Assembly (NCBI GenBank): GCA_965242925.1
Contig: CBDEUM010000038.1
Span: 32,001-96,000, forward strand
DNA length: 64,000 nt
Reading direction: 5' to 3'
Source: Roseibacillus sp.
GTDB taxonomy: Bacteria; Verrucomicrobiota; Verrucomicrobiia; Verrucomicrobiales; Akkermansiaceae
The position numbers and the translations under genes were made by a program. Positions 53,223 through 61,921 of this stretch are shown piece after piece (position 1 is the first letter of the stretch; each line of letters opens with the position of its first letter). The notes under the pieces were generated by a model. The model saw nothing but the letters and a program-made list of their open reading frames with translations. It searched no databases and had not been told where the DNA came from.

Positions 53223-54002
53223 TTACTTTCCGGGCACGGCTCGCGTCGCACCGACCGAGATTCCCCCATCGACCAAGATAGTCTGACCGGTGACGTAGGC
53301 GCTGGCATCGGAAGCGAGCCAGACAACGGTCCCGTCGAGGTCGCCGGGGGCACCGGGGCGGTCGAGGGGAATACGCTCACGCAGATAATCCACCCATCCT
53401 TCGTCCTCGTACATGACTTTGTTCTGCTCCGTTCGGAACCATCCGGGAGCCAGGCAGTTGACGGTGAGGCCGTGGGGACCCCAGTCGTGGGCCAGGCTCA
53501 TGGTGAGCTGCTTCACGCCACCCCGGCTGGCCCCGTAGGGAGCGAGCCCGGCATAGCCTGCCACGCAGGTGACCGATCCCATGTTGATGATGCGTCCGTA
53601 GTGGCGCGGGATCATGCGGCTGGCATGGGCCTGGGCGAGGAAGAAGAGCCCACGCAGATTGGTTTCGAGGACGAGGTTCCAGTCCTCCCAGGTCACCTCA
53701 AGGGCCGGCTTGCGCACGTTGCAGCCGGCGTTGTTGACGAGGATGTCGATCTGACCGGCTTGCTCCCACGCCAGCGCGGTGGCTTCCGCAATGCTATCCT
53801 GCTCGCGCACATCGAGGGCCACCGGCCAGGCCTGGCGGCCCAGGGCCTCGATCTCGGTCCGGGTCTCGAGGAGGGGGCCATCGCCGCTACGACTGGAAAT
53901 CACGAGATCGGCACCCGCACGGGCGAGGGCGAGGGCGAAGCCCTTCCCGAGGCCGCGGCTGGCACCGCTGACAAAGGCGGTCTTTCCGGAGAGATCAAAC
54001 AT
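53223..54002 (-). CDS. Short-chain dehydrogenase (gluconate 5-dehydrogenase/KduD-like)
   Basis: SGASRGLG, VNNAG, YGASR, APGWF, YVTGQ..VDGG. Confidence 0.8.
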   Translation of the reverse strand: MFDLSGKTAFVSGASRGLGKGFALALARAGADLVISSRSGDGPLLETRTEIEALGRQAWPVALDVREQDSIAEATALAWEQAGQIDILVNNAGCNVRKPALEVTWEDWNLVLETNLRGLFFLAQAHASRMIPRHYGRIINMGSVTCVAGYAGLAPYGASRGGVKQLTMSLAHDWGPHGLTVNCLAPGWFRTEQNKVMYEDEGWVDYLRERIPLDRPGAPGDLDGTVVWLASDASAYVTGQTILVDGGISVGATRAVPGK

Positions 54003-54046
54003 GAGGGGGGCGGGAGTTGGCAGATTCAGGTTGAAGGGATCGGATA

Positions 54047-55102
54047 TCATCCGGGACGAAGGATGACCTTGAGGAGGGGCTCCGAGCCCTCGTGGAGACG
54101 GGCAAACCAGGAGGCGCCCTCGGAGAGAGGGACCACACAGGAGGTGAGGGCTTTCACGTCGATCTCGCCCGCTGCGATGGCGGCGAGCGCATCGGGATAC
54201 TCGCCGTTGATGGCGCAGGAACCGAGCACGTCGAGTTCGCGGGTGACCGCGGCCTGGAGAGGGAACTGCACCCTGGATGCGAGATTACCCACCAGGCAGA
54301 CCCTTCCTCCCTTGCGGGCGGCATTGACCGCCAGTTCCACGGTGGGGCTGATCCCGACCACTTCCATCACGACCTCCGGACCCTCGCCACCGCTCAGGGT
54401 GCGGATTTTCTCGAGGAGGTCCTCGCGGTCAGAGCGCAGGGCGGAGGAGGCACCCAGCTGAAGGGCCAGTTCGAGTCGTTCGTCGGCCAGGTCAATGGCG
54501 ATGATGTTGGTGCAACCAGCCCGCCTGAGGGCCTGCACTACGAGGAGACCGATAAGGCCGGCGCCCACCACCACCGCGGATTCTCCCTCCGTGATCCTGA
54601 CTCGGTTGACGGCGTGGAGGGCCACCGAGACCGGTTCGGCAAAGGCGGCTTCCTCGAAGGGAATCTCATCGGGAATGCGGTGGCAGATACGAGCCGGTAC
54701 GAGGACAAAGTCGGCAAAGGCACCCTGCCGTCGGAAGTCGGGGGTGGAGACCCCGAGGACCTCCCGGTCCTCGCAGAGATTGACGTGTCCCGACTGGCAG
54801 TAGTGGCATTGGCCACAGTAGATCGTGCTGTCGAAGGTGACCCGGTCCCCCCCGGACCAGCCGGTGACCCCGGAGCCCCAGCCCTCCACCACACCACTCG
54901 CCTCGTGGCCCATCACAAGAGGCGGGATGCGCCGACCGCTGCTCCCGTCCATGCCGTGGATGTCGCTTCCGCAGATCCCGCAGGCCCGGACCGCCACCAG
55001 GAGGTCATCGGGTCCCGGTTCGGGGATGGGCATCTCCACCAGGTCAAAGGTGGAGGCAGTGATCAGTTCGAGGGCTTTCATAGGAGCGCGGGCGGCAGTC
55101 AC
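54047..55102 (-). CDS. Zn-dependent polyol/sugar-acid dehydrogenase (MDR family)
   Basis: CGICGSD, GHE, CGQCHYC..C, GAGLIG. Confidence 0.85.
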   Translation of the reverse strand: MTAARAPMKALELITASTFDLVEMPIPEPGPDDLLVAVRACGICGSDIHGMDGSSGRRIPPLVMGHEASGVVEGWGSGVTGWSGGDRVTFDSTIYCGQCHYCQSGHVNLCEDREVLGVSTPDFRRQGAFADFVLVPARICHRIPDEIPFEEAAFAEPVSVALHAVNRVRITEGESAVVVGAGLIGLLVVQALRRAGCTNIIAIDLADERLELALQLGASSALRSDREDLLEKIRTLSGGEGPEVVMEVVGISPTVELAVNAARKGGRVCLVGNLASRVQFPLQAAVTRELDVLGSCAINGEYPDALAAIAAGEIDVKALTSCVVPLSEGASWFARLHEGSEPLLKVILRPG

Positions 55103-56517
55103 TCACCCCGGAAATCGTAACAGATGATGCGTGGCGGAGCCCGGGTGAGCAAGTCGGGTTCGTTCTGGGAGATGTAGAGCAGTCCCTTGTGGAGGGTGGG
55201 GAGGGTCCAGCTGGAGCGGGCGGCAAAGAGGCGGACCTTCTGGAGGATTTCCGCGCCCTTGGGAGTGACCTTCAGTTCGGCCAGCACGCCGTCCTCCCCC
55301 AGGCAGAAGACCCGTCCGTCGGCCTGCAGGAGACTGCCGCGGAAGAGCCCGTGGGTGCGTCCGGCCTCCTGCCATTGCATGTCCTCTTCCCAGAGGATCT
55401 TGCCGGTGGCGGCATGGGCACACTTGAACTGGGTGTCCGGGATATTGCGTCCGGCGAAACCGTAGAGATGACCATCGATCTGGAGGGGCATCATCCAGTG
55501 CATGCCGAACCAGCGTTCCTTCCACACCACCTTCGACTTGAGGTTCTTGTCATACTCGAGAACTACCCCACCCACTCCATAGCAGTCACCGAGGTAGATG
55601 CGCCTGTCGCTGAGGATGAGGGGAGAGGAGGCCAGAACGGATTCGTGTTTGTCGGCCCGCCAGGGAAAGCGGTCGTAGACCTTGCCGGACTTGACATCGA
55701 TGACGAGAAGGCCGCCGTGTGGCGGACGGCTTTCGCCCGCGGCGGCCACCACCGCGCAGTCGACACCCTGCAGTTTGGTGATGGTGGGGGAGGCGTAGCT
55801 TGCGCCCCACGAATCCTTCACTTCCCAGAGGGTGCTGCCGTCCTTCACGGAGAGGGCTGCCACACAGACACCCGGTTCCTCCCCGGCCGCCCGGCCGCCT
55901 ACGTTGAGGATTATGCGGTCCTGCCAGACGGGACTGGGACTTGGCCCGTAACCGAAGAAGTAGGTGGGAATATTGTAATCTTTCTGCAGGTTACGCTTCC
56001 AGAGGACGGCTCCTGTCTCCAAGTCGAGACAGTGGAACATCCCGGTGATCCCGGTGACATAGACCCGTCCCTGATGCACTACTGGACTGGAGCGGGGTCC
56101 GGGACTGAAATTGTAGCGGTCGCGGTAGGTGACGGGATACTTCACGCGCCAGTGACGCTTGCCGGTGTCCGGATCAAGGCAGTCGATGGCCTCCTCCCCT
56201 GTGCCGGTGAGCGTGCTGTGATTGAGGCGATGGAAGTAGATCAGTTTTCCCCCGGCAAGGAGGGGGCTGGAATACCCCTCACCGGTTTCCAGTTCCCAGA
56301 CTTTCCTGGGTCCGCCCGCCGGCCATTTGCTCAGGAGCTTGGTTTCCCTGGAGGTGGCGTTGTGACGGTCTCCCAGGAAACGGGGCCAGTCCTCGACCAC
56401 CGCTCCCCCGGCGAGGGGCTTGGGGGCGGTATGGAAGGTCAGTTTCAGTTCCTGACCGGGACCGGGAAGCGTGCTGAGAAGAAGGACAAGCGAGGCGACG
56501 AGGATGGTTGGATTCAT
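55099..56517 (-). CDS. Secreted PQQ-like beta-propeller repeat protein
   Basis: Signal peptide, DWPRFLG, GYSSP, repeated LD..TG...W blades. Confidence 0.8.
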   Translation of the reverse strand: MNPTILVASLVLLLSTLPGPGQELKLTFHTAPKPLAGGAVVEDWPRFLGDRHNATSRETKLLSKWPAGGPRKVWELETGEGYSSPLLAGGKLIYFHRLNHSTLTGTGEEAIDCLDPDTGKRHWRVKYPVTYRDRYNFSPGPRSSPVVHQGRVYVTGITGMFHCLDLETGAVLWKRNLQKDYNIPTYFFGYGPSPSPVWQDRIILNVGGRAAGEEPGVCVAALSVKDGSTLWEVKDSWGASYASPTITKLQGVDCAVVAAAGESRPPHGGLLVIDVKSGKVYDRFPWRADKHESVLASSPLILSDRRIYLGDCYGVGGVVLEYDKNLKSKVVWKERWFGMHWMMPLQIDGHLYGFAGRNIPDTQFKCAHAATGKILWEEDMQWQEAGRTHGLFRGSLLQADGRVFCLGEDGVLAELKVTPKGAEILQKVRLFAARSSWTLPTLHKGLLYISQNEPDLLTRAPPRIICYDFRGE

Positions 56518-56673
56518 GGCGATTCGCTTGCGGTGAGGGTCCCACGATGGAAATACGGCGTCCAGACGTAATGAGGGGTCGCAGGGAAACTGTTGTTTCC
56601 TGATGAGGATTGGCTTGATTTTCGCTCGTTGCGCCCCTAAGCCTCCCGCCCACTGTGAAGGAAACCTCCTCAT

Positions 56674-56757
56674 GCTCGGGTGGCGGAATTGGTAGACGCG
56701 CTAGATTAAGGATCTAGTGGGGTAATACCCGTGGGGGTTCGAGTCCCCCCTCGAGCA
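56674..56757 (+). tRNA. tRNA-Leu with AAG anticodon
   Basis: Acceptor GCTCGGG/CTCGAGC plus A73; D-loop GGAATTGGTAGAC; anticodon stem CTAGA/TCTAG with loop TT-AAG-GA; long variable arm; T arm GGGGG-TTCGAGT-CCCCC; CCA not encoded. Confidence 0.92.
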
Positions 56758-56943
56758 CTTCCTTTTTTACAGGGCCAATCGGCCCTGGAGCGGTTATAGG
56801 AGCCGGGAGGAGAAAGAGGCTATTGCCCTTATACTACCCCTAAACGGCGGCTATACAGCCACAGAAAACCCCCGGAGCGCGGCGGGAAAAATCAATGGCA
56901 CCGTTGCCCCCTGCGCCTGGAGCGTGCTAGGAGTCGCGGTGCT

Positions 56944-58149
56944 ATGAAGATACTCGTCCTGCTGTTTGCCGCGCTACTGGTCGCGGGATGCGGTGAGAAG
57001 GAGCAACCCAAGGAGCAGGAAAAATCGGAGTCAAATCCGAAGGAGGAACCGAGTCCCGAGGCGAAGGCAGAGCCCAAACCGGAATCTGCGCCAGAATCGA
57101 GGGAACTTCCTCCGCTTCCCGAGACCGTGACCGCGGAATTCATCATGGGTCTGTGGGCCAAGCCGCATGACGGGACAGAGGTCATGGAGGAGTTGAAGGA
57201 TTTTGCACTCAAGCCGGGTATCTGGAAGGTCGTACGCAATATCGGTCCCAGCAAGGAAGAGCAGGTTCAACGCATCGAAGCCTCCGCCACATTGAAGTCG
57301 GTCGACCGGCGCTTTGTAGCGCAGGAATTTTCCCATGATGCCGGGGTCCAGTATTCGGTGATAACCTATGATTACGAAACGGAGAGCTATCGTTGGTGGG
57401 AGTTGCATCCGGATGGCTTCATCAATGAGTTTTCCGGAAAACGGTATTGGCGCAATCTGATGGAATGGAAATCGGTGAGGCTCCGTGAAGAGGACGTGCA
57501 GACGCGAATGCGTGAGACGGTCCGGGGGGAGAAATCATTCAAGGCAACCCTTGAGATCAAAAAGGGAGGAGAACTGGTGGCTTACGCTGAAGACGATGCG
57601 ACTTGGATCTCGGAGTTGGGGCCATCGGAGGAAGCCCAGCAGGAGGTTAAGCCTGAAGAACCCGTTGCTGAAACTAAACCTAAATCGACCTTAGTCGTGC
57701 ATGCACCCATTGAGACAGCTATTCGAAAAGTTCTTAATTACCCTAAAGGGAAACTGACCAAGCTAGACTTGAGGAAAGTGACAAAACTGGAAATCAATAA
57801 TAGGCAAATAACTGATTTGAAAGGGATTGAGAAGCTAGCAAATTTAAAAGAATTGGAGCTCAGGGACAGCGGGTTGACTGACGTTAAAAGCCTAGAGGAC
57901 CTAACCCAATTAGAAGTGCTGTTTCTAACTGAAAACAAACTGACCAATGTTAACTACATAGGAAATCTCAGGAATTTGAAAGTATTAGCTCTTGAAAACA
58001 ATGAGCTCACTGATGTGAAGGGGCTTGAGAAACTCACGAAGTTAGAGTGGCTTTATCTCGAAAATAATAATCTCACAAAGGTGCAAATTGCCGAGCTTCA
58101 AAAGGCTTTGCCAAATTGTAAAATCTACCCCAAAGCAAAATCTAAATAG
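56944..58149 (+). CDS. Chimeric lipoprotein with C-terminal internalin-like leucine-rich repeats
   Basis: LLVAGC lipobox; ~22-aa LRRs (LEVLFLTENKLTNV, LKVLALENNELTDVKGLEKL); AT-rich 3' half. Confidence 0.85.
   Translation: MKILVLLFAALLVAGCGEKEQPKEQEKSESNPKEEPSPEAKAEPKPESAPESRELPPLPETVTAEFIMGLWAKPHDGTEVMEELKDFALKPGIWKVVRNIGPSKEEQVQRIEASATLKSVDRRFVAQEFSHDAGVQYSVITYDYETESYRWWELHPDGFINEFSGKRYWRNLMEWKSVRLREEDVQTRMRETVRGEKSFKATLEIKKGGELVAYAEDDATWISELGPSEEAQQEVKPEEPVAETKPKSTLVVHAPIETAIRKVLNYPKGKLTKLDLRKVTKLEINNRQITDLKGIEKLANLKELELRDSGLTDVKSLEDLTQLEVLFLTENKLTNVNYIGNLRNLKVLALENNELTDVKGLEKLTKLEWLYLENNNLTKVQIAELQKALPNCKIYPKAKSK
57637..57655 (+). repeat. 19-bp sequence CAGCAGGAGGTTAAGCCTG, copy 1 (encodes QQEVKP)
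   Basis: Exact reverse complement at 62143-62161. Confidence 0.9.
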
Positions 58150-58150
58150 G

Positions 58151-58333
58151 TATTCCAATTACTCCTACAAAGACGGCATGCCAGATGGCCCCTGGACGGG
58201 GTGGGACGAGAACGGACAGAAGCAGTCCGAAGGAACCCACAAAGACGGCGAAGAGGTTTCCGCGAAATACTGGAACAGCAAAGGCGAAGAGGTTCGTTCA
58301 CATGATGAAACGTTCGAAGAGGCAGACGAGTAA
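58151..58333 (+). pseudogene. Start-less MORN-variant/YwqK-like repeat fragment
   Basis: YKDGMPDGPWTGWDENGQKQSEGTHKDGEEVSAKYWNSKGEE. Confidence 0.7.
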
Positions 58334-58397
58334 CACCCCCGCTCCCTCAATCACGGGGCAGCAAACAGGGTGCGGTGCACGGGTTAAGGGTGCGGGG

Positions 58398-58610
58398 CTA
58401 CTGCACGCTAAAGCGGAAGAAGGCGGCGTTGTCGGTAGGCGCAAATTCCAGGCAGATGCTGCCGTCGACCACCGATAGCGATTCAGGGTTCACGGTGAGG
58501 GGTGCAAAGGTTTGCAGGTTAGCCGACTCAAAGAGGTTGAACTCCATTTGCACGTTTCCTGCCTCGTTCAAACCAATCGTGTAATCCGCTGACAGGGCAC
58601 GGATCTGGTC
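58398..58610 (-). pseudogene. Orphan C-terminal domain of a surface protein
   Basis: 70-codon open frame DQIRALSADYTIGLNEAGNVQMEFNLFES...PTDNAAFFRFSVQ* directly preceded by in-frame TAG. Confidence 0.5.
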
Positions 58611-58613
58611 CTA

Positions 58614-58782
58614 GATGAATCGGGCGTCGTGATCGAGGAATGGCGACGCTTTTACAACCGGGTCCACCCTCACAGCGGAATGGTCTTCCAAAGCCCGGAG
58701 GCCTTTGTCAGAACCATGACGCAACTAGAACCAGTCCCCGGAACCTAACATTCAAATTGGCCCAGAAAGAGTGTCCCGATCA
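58614..58782 (+). mobile_element. IS3-family remnant (transposase C-terminus plus right end)
   Basis: VVIEEWRRFYNRVHPHSGMVFQSPEAF resembles the IS3 integrase-core end; followed by an IR-like TAACATTCAAATTGGCCCAGAAAGAGTGTCCCGATCA ending in CA. Confidence 0.75.
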
Positions 58783-58817
58783 AGAGGTCGGCTCATGGCA
58801 TAGCTAAAACGTTAGCT
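58783..58817 (+). other. Right half of an attC-like site (left half lost at the IS end)
   Basis: GGCATAGCTAAAAC-GTTAGCT: L'-like box, spacer and GTTRRRY-like core just before the first cassette-like gene. Confidence 0.5.
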
Positions 58818-58842
58818 GGAATAACTGAAATTGCCCTCGAGA

Positions 58843-59883
58843 ATGAAACCACCTGTATTCGCATTATTCTTAATACTATGGACGTCTTGTTTTGGCGCGC
58901 CGGATAAGGAATCCGCACCAGATTCTGAGTTTTTCACCCTGATCGTTCTGCCTGACACTCAAGGTTATGCTGACATCAGGCATAAGGAGACACAGAAGCA
59001 CTGGCCGGGCATTGGTGATCAGCGTTCCTGTTTCTATAAGCAGACTGAGTGGATCAAAGAAAACAGGCTGAAGCTGAATATCGTCATGGTGGCTCATGTT
59101 GGAGATATCACTCAGACAGATCACGATGAAGAATGGAAGATAGCCGATGCCGCTTTCAAGACCATTGATAACCACGTTCCCTACATATTGTGCGCGGGAA
59201 ATCATGACATGGGGTATTCACCGCAACATCGTAAGACAAGTCATTCGCGTGAAAGCCGTTTCAGCTCCTACTTCAAACCTTCGCGTTTCACAAAGAATCC
59301 TTTGTACGACTCGCATTTCGGCAGCGATAGGAATCTTCATTTTCGAGAAGAAGGGAAGATTGAAAACTACTACCTCTTTCTAAAAGCAGGAGGGATGAAG
59401 TTTCTCATTCTCACTCTGGAATTCAAACCTCGGGATGAAACCCTTGCGTGGGCGAATAAGGTTGTTGCGCAGAATCCTGATTACCGGACCATCATTGTCA
59501 CACATGGTTATCTAACGGGAAAAAAGGGACAACGGACAGGTGTTGACAGCTATTTGGTGAAAGGCAACTCAGGGAAATCAATCTGGGAGAAATTCATCAG
59601 CCATCACAAGAACATCTTTCTGGTTCTTTCAGGACATGCCCTGGAGAATTTGCTGACCAGCAAAGGCAAGAATGGAAATACGGTGCACCAGGCTCAGGCC
59701 GATTACTGGTATTGGGACATCCCTGAGATCAAGGCGGGGAGCGGTTTCTTGCGCATCATGACTTTCCGTCCTGACAAGAACACGATTGATGTTCAGACCT
59801 ATTCGCCTGTACTGGATAGATTCCTCACACGTCCCAAAAGCAATTTCTCGTTGGATTACCTCATGCAGGACAAGAAGAAATAG
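58843..59883 (+). CDS. Secreted calcineurin-like metallophosphoesterase
   Basis: PDTQ, VGDI, GNHD, THGY, LSGH motifs; signal peptide. Confidence 0.85.
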   Translation: MKPPVFALFLILWTSCFGAPDKESAPDSEFFTLIVLPDTQGYADIRHKETQKHWPGIGDQRSCFYKQTEWIKENRLKLNIVMVAHVGDITQTDHDEEWKIADAAFKTIDNHVPYILCAGNHDMGYSPQHRKTSHSRESRFSSYFKPSRFTKNPLYDSHFGSDRNLHFREEGKIENYYLFLKAGGMKFLILTLEFKPRDETLAWANKVVAQNPDYRTIIVTHGYLTGKKGQRTGVDSYLVKGNSGKSIWEKFISHHKNIFLVLSGHALENLLTSKGKNGNTVHQAQADYWYWDIPEIKAGSGFLRIMTFRPDKNTIDVQTYSPVLDRFLTRPKSNFSLDYLMQDKKK

Positions 59884-59947
59884 AGCCATTGGTAAAAACT
59901 GATGCTATTACTGACTGTGGATTTCTAACGAAAACTATGAAAATAGG

Positions 59948-60004
59948 ATCTGACAAGGAGCAGAAGGCGACGGACAAGGCCGCGCCTTAGCTTGAACGTT
60001 AGCT
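59948..60004 (+). other. attC-like integron cassette recombination site (57 bp)
   Basis: ATCTGAC (degenerate R'') ... GAGCAGAAGGCGACGG-ACAAGG-CCGCGCCTTAGCTT ... GTTAGCT (R'); imperfect inverted repeat with extra bases on the left arm. Confidence 0.7.
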
Positions 60005-60033
60005 AACAGCTAAGGCACCCAAGGAGATTCAAA

Positions 60034-60981
60034 ATGCCAATTATTCTACCACCGATCACTCGCCGTCAATTCGTTAAGGGCTCGCTCGCTCTTGGCGGCA
60101 CGGCAATGATGACGCCTTGCGCGTTGGCCGCCGCCGCGGATAGCGAACGTGTTGGGCTGGACCCAAACCGAGTTGCTTTGCTTGCGGACACGCACATCAG
60201 TGCCGATCCGGATCTTGTCTACCCGGGCACGAAGTGGCCTGGTTCGCCCGTCAAGGGGGGCGAGCATGAAAGCGTGCATATAGTAAAATGCCTTGTACAG
60301 TCGGCCAAGAGCGTAATCGCACTCAATCCTCGACCCTCTCATCTGATCGTCAACGGCGACTGCACCTTCGGCAGGGGTACTGAAGCCGAGTATAAACAGT
60401 TTCTCAAGCTTGTGGAGCCGATTCGTGCCGCGGGCATTACCATTCATGTGACAATCGGCAATCACGACAATCGTGGGAATTTGTGGAAATTACTCCCGTT
60501 CCTTAAGAAAGAGCACATGGGCGTTCAGGCGGGCGTGATTGAACTGCCGCACGCGAACCTCGTACTGTTGGACTCGGGAAATGGAGCCCTGGGAGACAAA
60601 CAGTTGAACTGGCTCGCCAAACAACTCGACGAAGGAGCGGATAAGCCAGCCCTTATCTTTAGTCACTACAACCCGTATAACAACCGCGGCGTGCGTCCCA
60701 TCAAGGGCATGCGTGATGGATCGTCTCTGTTGAAACTTCTTGCCGAACGAAAGCATGCCAAGGCCTATTTCTATGGGCACACGCATGAGTGGCAGCATGA
60801 TCGACTGGACCATCTCCATCTCATTAACCAACCGGCAGTCAGCTACTATTTCGGAAAAGGCCATGCGCATGGCTGGGTCGATATGAAGCTCACTAAAACT
60901 TCCGCTGACCTAGAGTTGCACTGCATCAACCGCACACACAAGCAGCACGGTGATCGGAGACAGGTCAGCTTGAAGGACTAG
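60034..60981 (+). CDS. Tat-exported metallophosphoesterase (Icc/CpdA-like)
   Basis: TRRQFVK twin-arginine signal; ADTH, NGD, GNHD, GHTH; AAGGAG RBS. Confidence 0.85.
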   Translation: MPIILPPITRRQFVKGSLALGGTAMMTPCALAAAADSERVGLDPNRVALLADTHISADPDLVYPGTKWPGSPVKGGEHESVHIVKCLVQSAKSVIALNPRPSHLIVNGDCTFGRGTEAEYKQFLKLVEPIRAAGITIHVTIGNHDNRGNLWKLLPFLKKEHMGVQAGVIELPHANLVLLDSGNGALGDKQLNWLAKQLDEGADKPALIFSHYNPYNNRGVRPIKGMRDGSSLLKLLAERKHAKAYFYGHTHEWQHDRLDHLHLINQPAVSYYFGKGHAHGWVDMKLTKTSADLELHCINRTHKQHGDRRQVSLKD

Positions 60982-61068
60982 AAGACATAGAGTTAAATGC
61001 GCCGCCGCTACGCGTTGCTCTTGAGGGGCAGCGTGAACAAAGAATCTATCGAATAGAAGGAATTTAGA

Positions 61069-61884
61069 ATGAGAGCCATAAAATCATTATCCCTTGTTGT
61101 TACATGCTTGTGCGGAGCAACACTCTGTCTTTCCGCTCCAGTGCCTGACAAGCCCATTACGGTTCGTGTTGCTTCTTATAATGTTGAGTTCGGCAAAAGC
61201 GCGACCCCGGAACAAATTGGAGAGATGTTCAAGCCATACAAGCTGGATATCATCGGTTTTGACGAAGCTCCAGATGGTGATTGGACGGCTCGCGTCGGTA
61301 AGGTGCTGGGGATGCAATATAGTTTTGTGGGCAAGATCTCTTCGGCAAATCACAAGAATAAGTACAAGACGGTTCTCAGCAGGACACCGTTAGAAGGTGA
61401 TGAAGAACACAAACTCACGGGCCGGGGCTGGAATCCCGCGTCGGTTGTCAGAGCTGTGACTAAGATTGATGGAGTTTCATTCGCATTTTACTCACTGCAT
61501 ATCTGCAAGTCGGGCGCAAATGATGGCCATGCGCATAGCCTTGCGACCAAGGTTCTACCTGAGGAGGCAACTAAGAGGGTTATCGTCGTTGGGGATTACA
61601 ACAACAACATTGGCGACGCTGCCATGAAAACGGTCGAGGGGGCAGGATTTAGACCAACGTGGAACGATCTGAAGATTGATCTCTCCAAGGAGTTTACATA
61701 CAACGCCCAGAATCCCAAAAAGAATTTGGGTGTGATCGATCACATTTTGTACAACAACCTGTCTGGAGCCCAGGCAATAGCCGGAGGCATAATCGAACTA
61801 GAAAAGCCTTTGTCTGATCACAAACCAATCTGGGCGGAGATCGTATTCCCTCGAAAACTCAAGAAGGTGAAGGGCTCTGAATAG
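61069..61884 (+). CDS. Secreted endonuclease/exonuclease/phosphatase-family protein
   Basis: ASYNV, DE, GDYN, IDHI, SDHKP; signal peptide. Confidence 0.85.
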   Translation: MRAIKSLSLVVTCLCGATLCLSAPVPDKPITVRVASYNVEFGKSATPEQIGEMFKPYKLDIIGFDEAPDGDWTARVGKVLGMQYSFVGKISSANHKNKYKTVLSRTPLEGDEEHKLTGRGWNPASVVRAVTKIDGVSFAFYSLHICKSGANDGHAHSLATKVLPEEATKRVIVVGDYNNNIGDAAMKTVEGAGFRPTWNDLKIDLSKEFTYNAQNPKKNLGVIDHILYNNLSGAQAIAGGIIELEKPLSDHKPIWAEIVFPRKLKKVKGSE

Positions 61885-61921
61885 ACGGGACGTTATTGAT
61901 TGCTAAGAATTTCCTTTCTGG

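Noticed and set aside
56674..56757. Reading the tRNA as Leu(TAA)
   Set aside because: The only register giving a 5-bp stem and 7-nt loop with U33 and purine 37 puts AAG at positions 34-36.
60992..61039. Third attC site as a firm feature
   Set aside because: Only partial resemblance (…TGAGGGGCAGC-GTGAACA); the core is not GTT and there is no clear R'' box, so it is mentioned only as possible.
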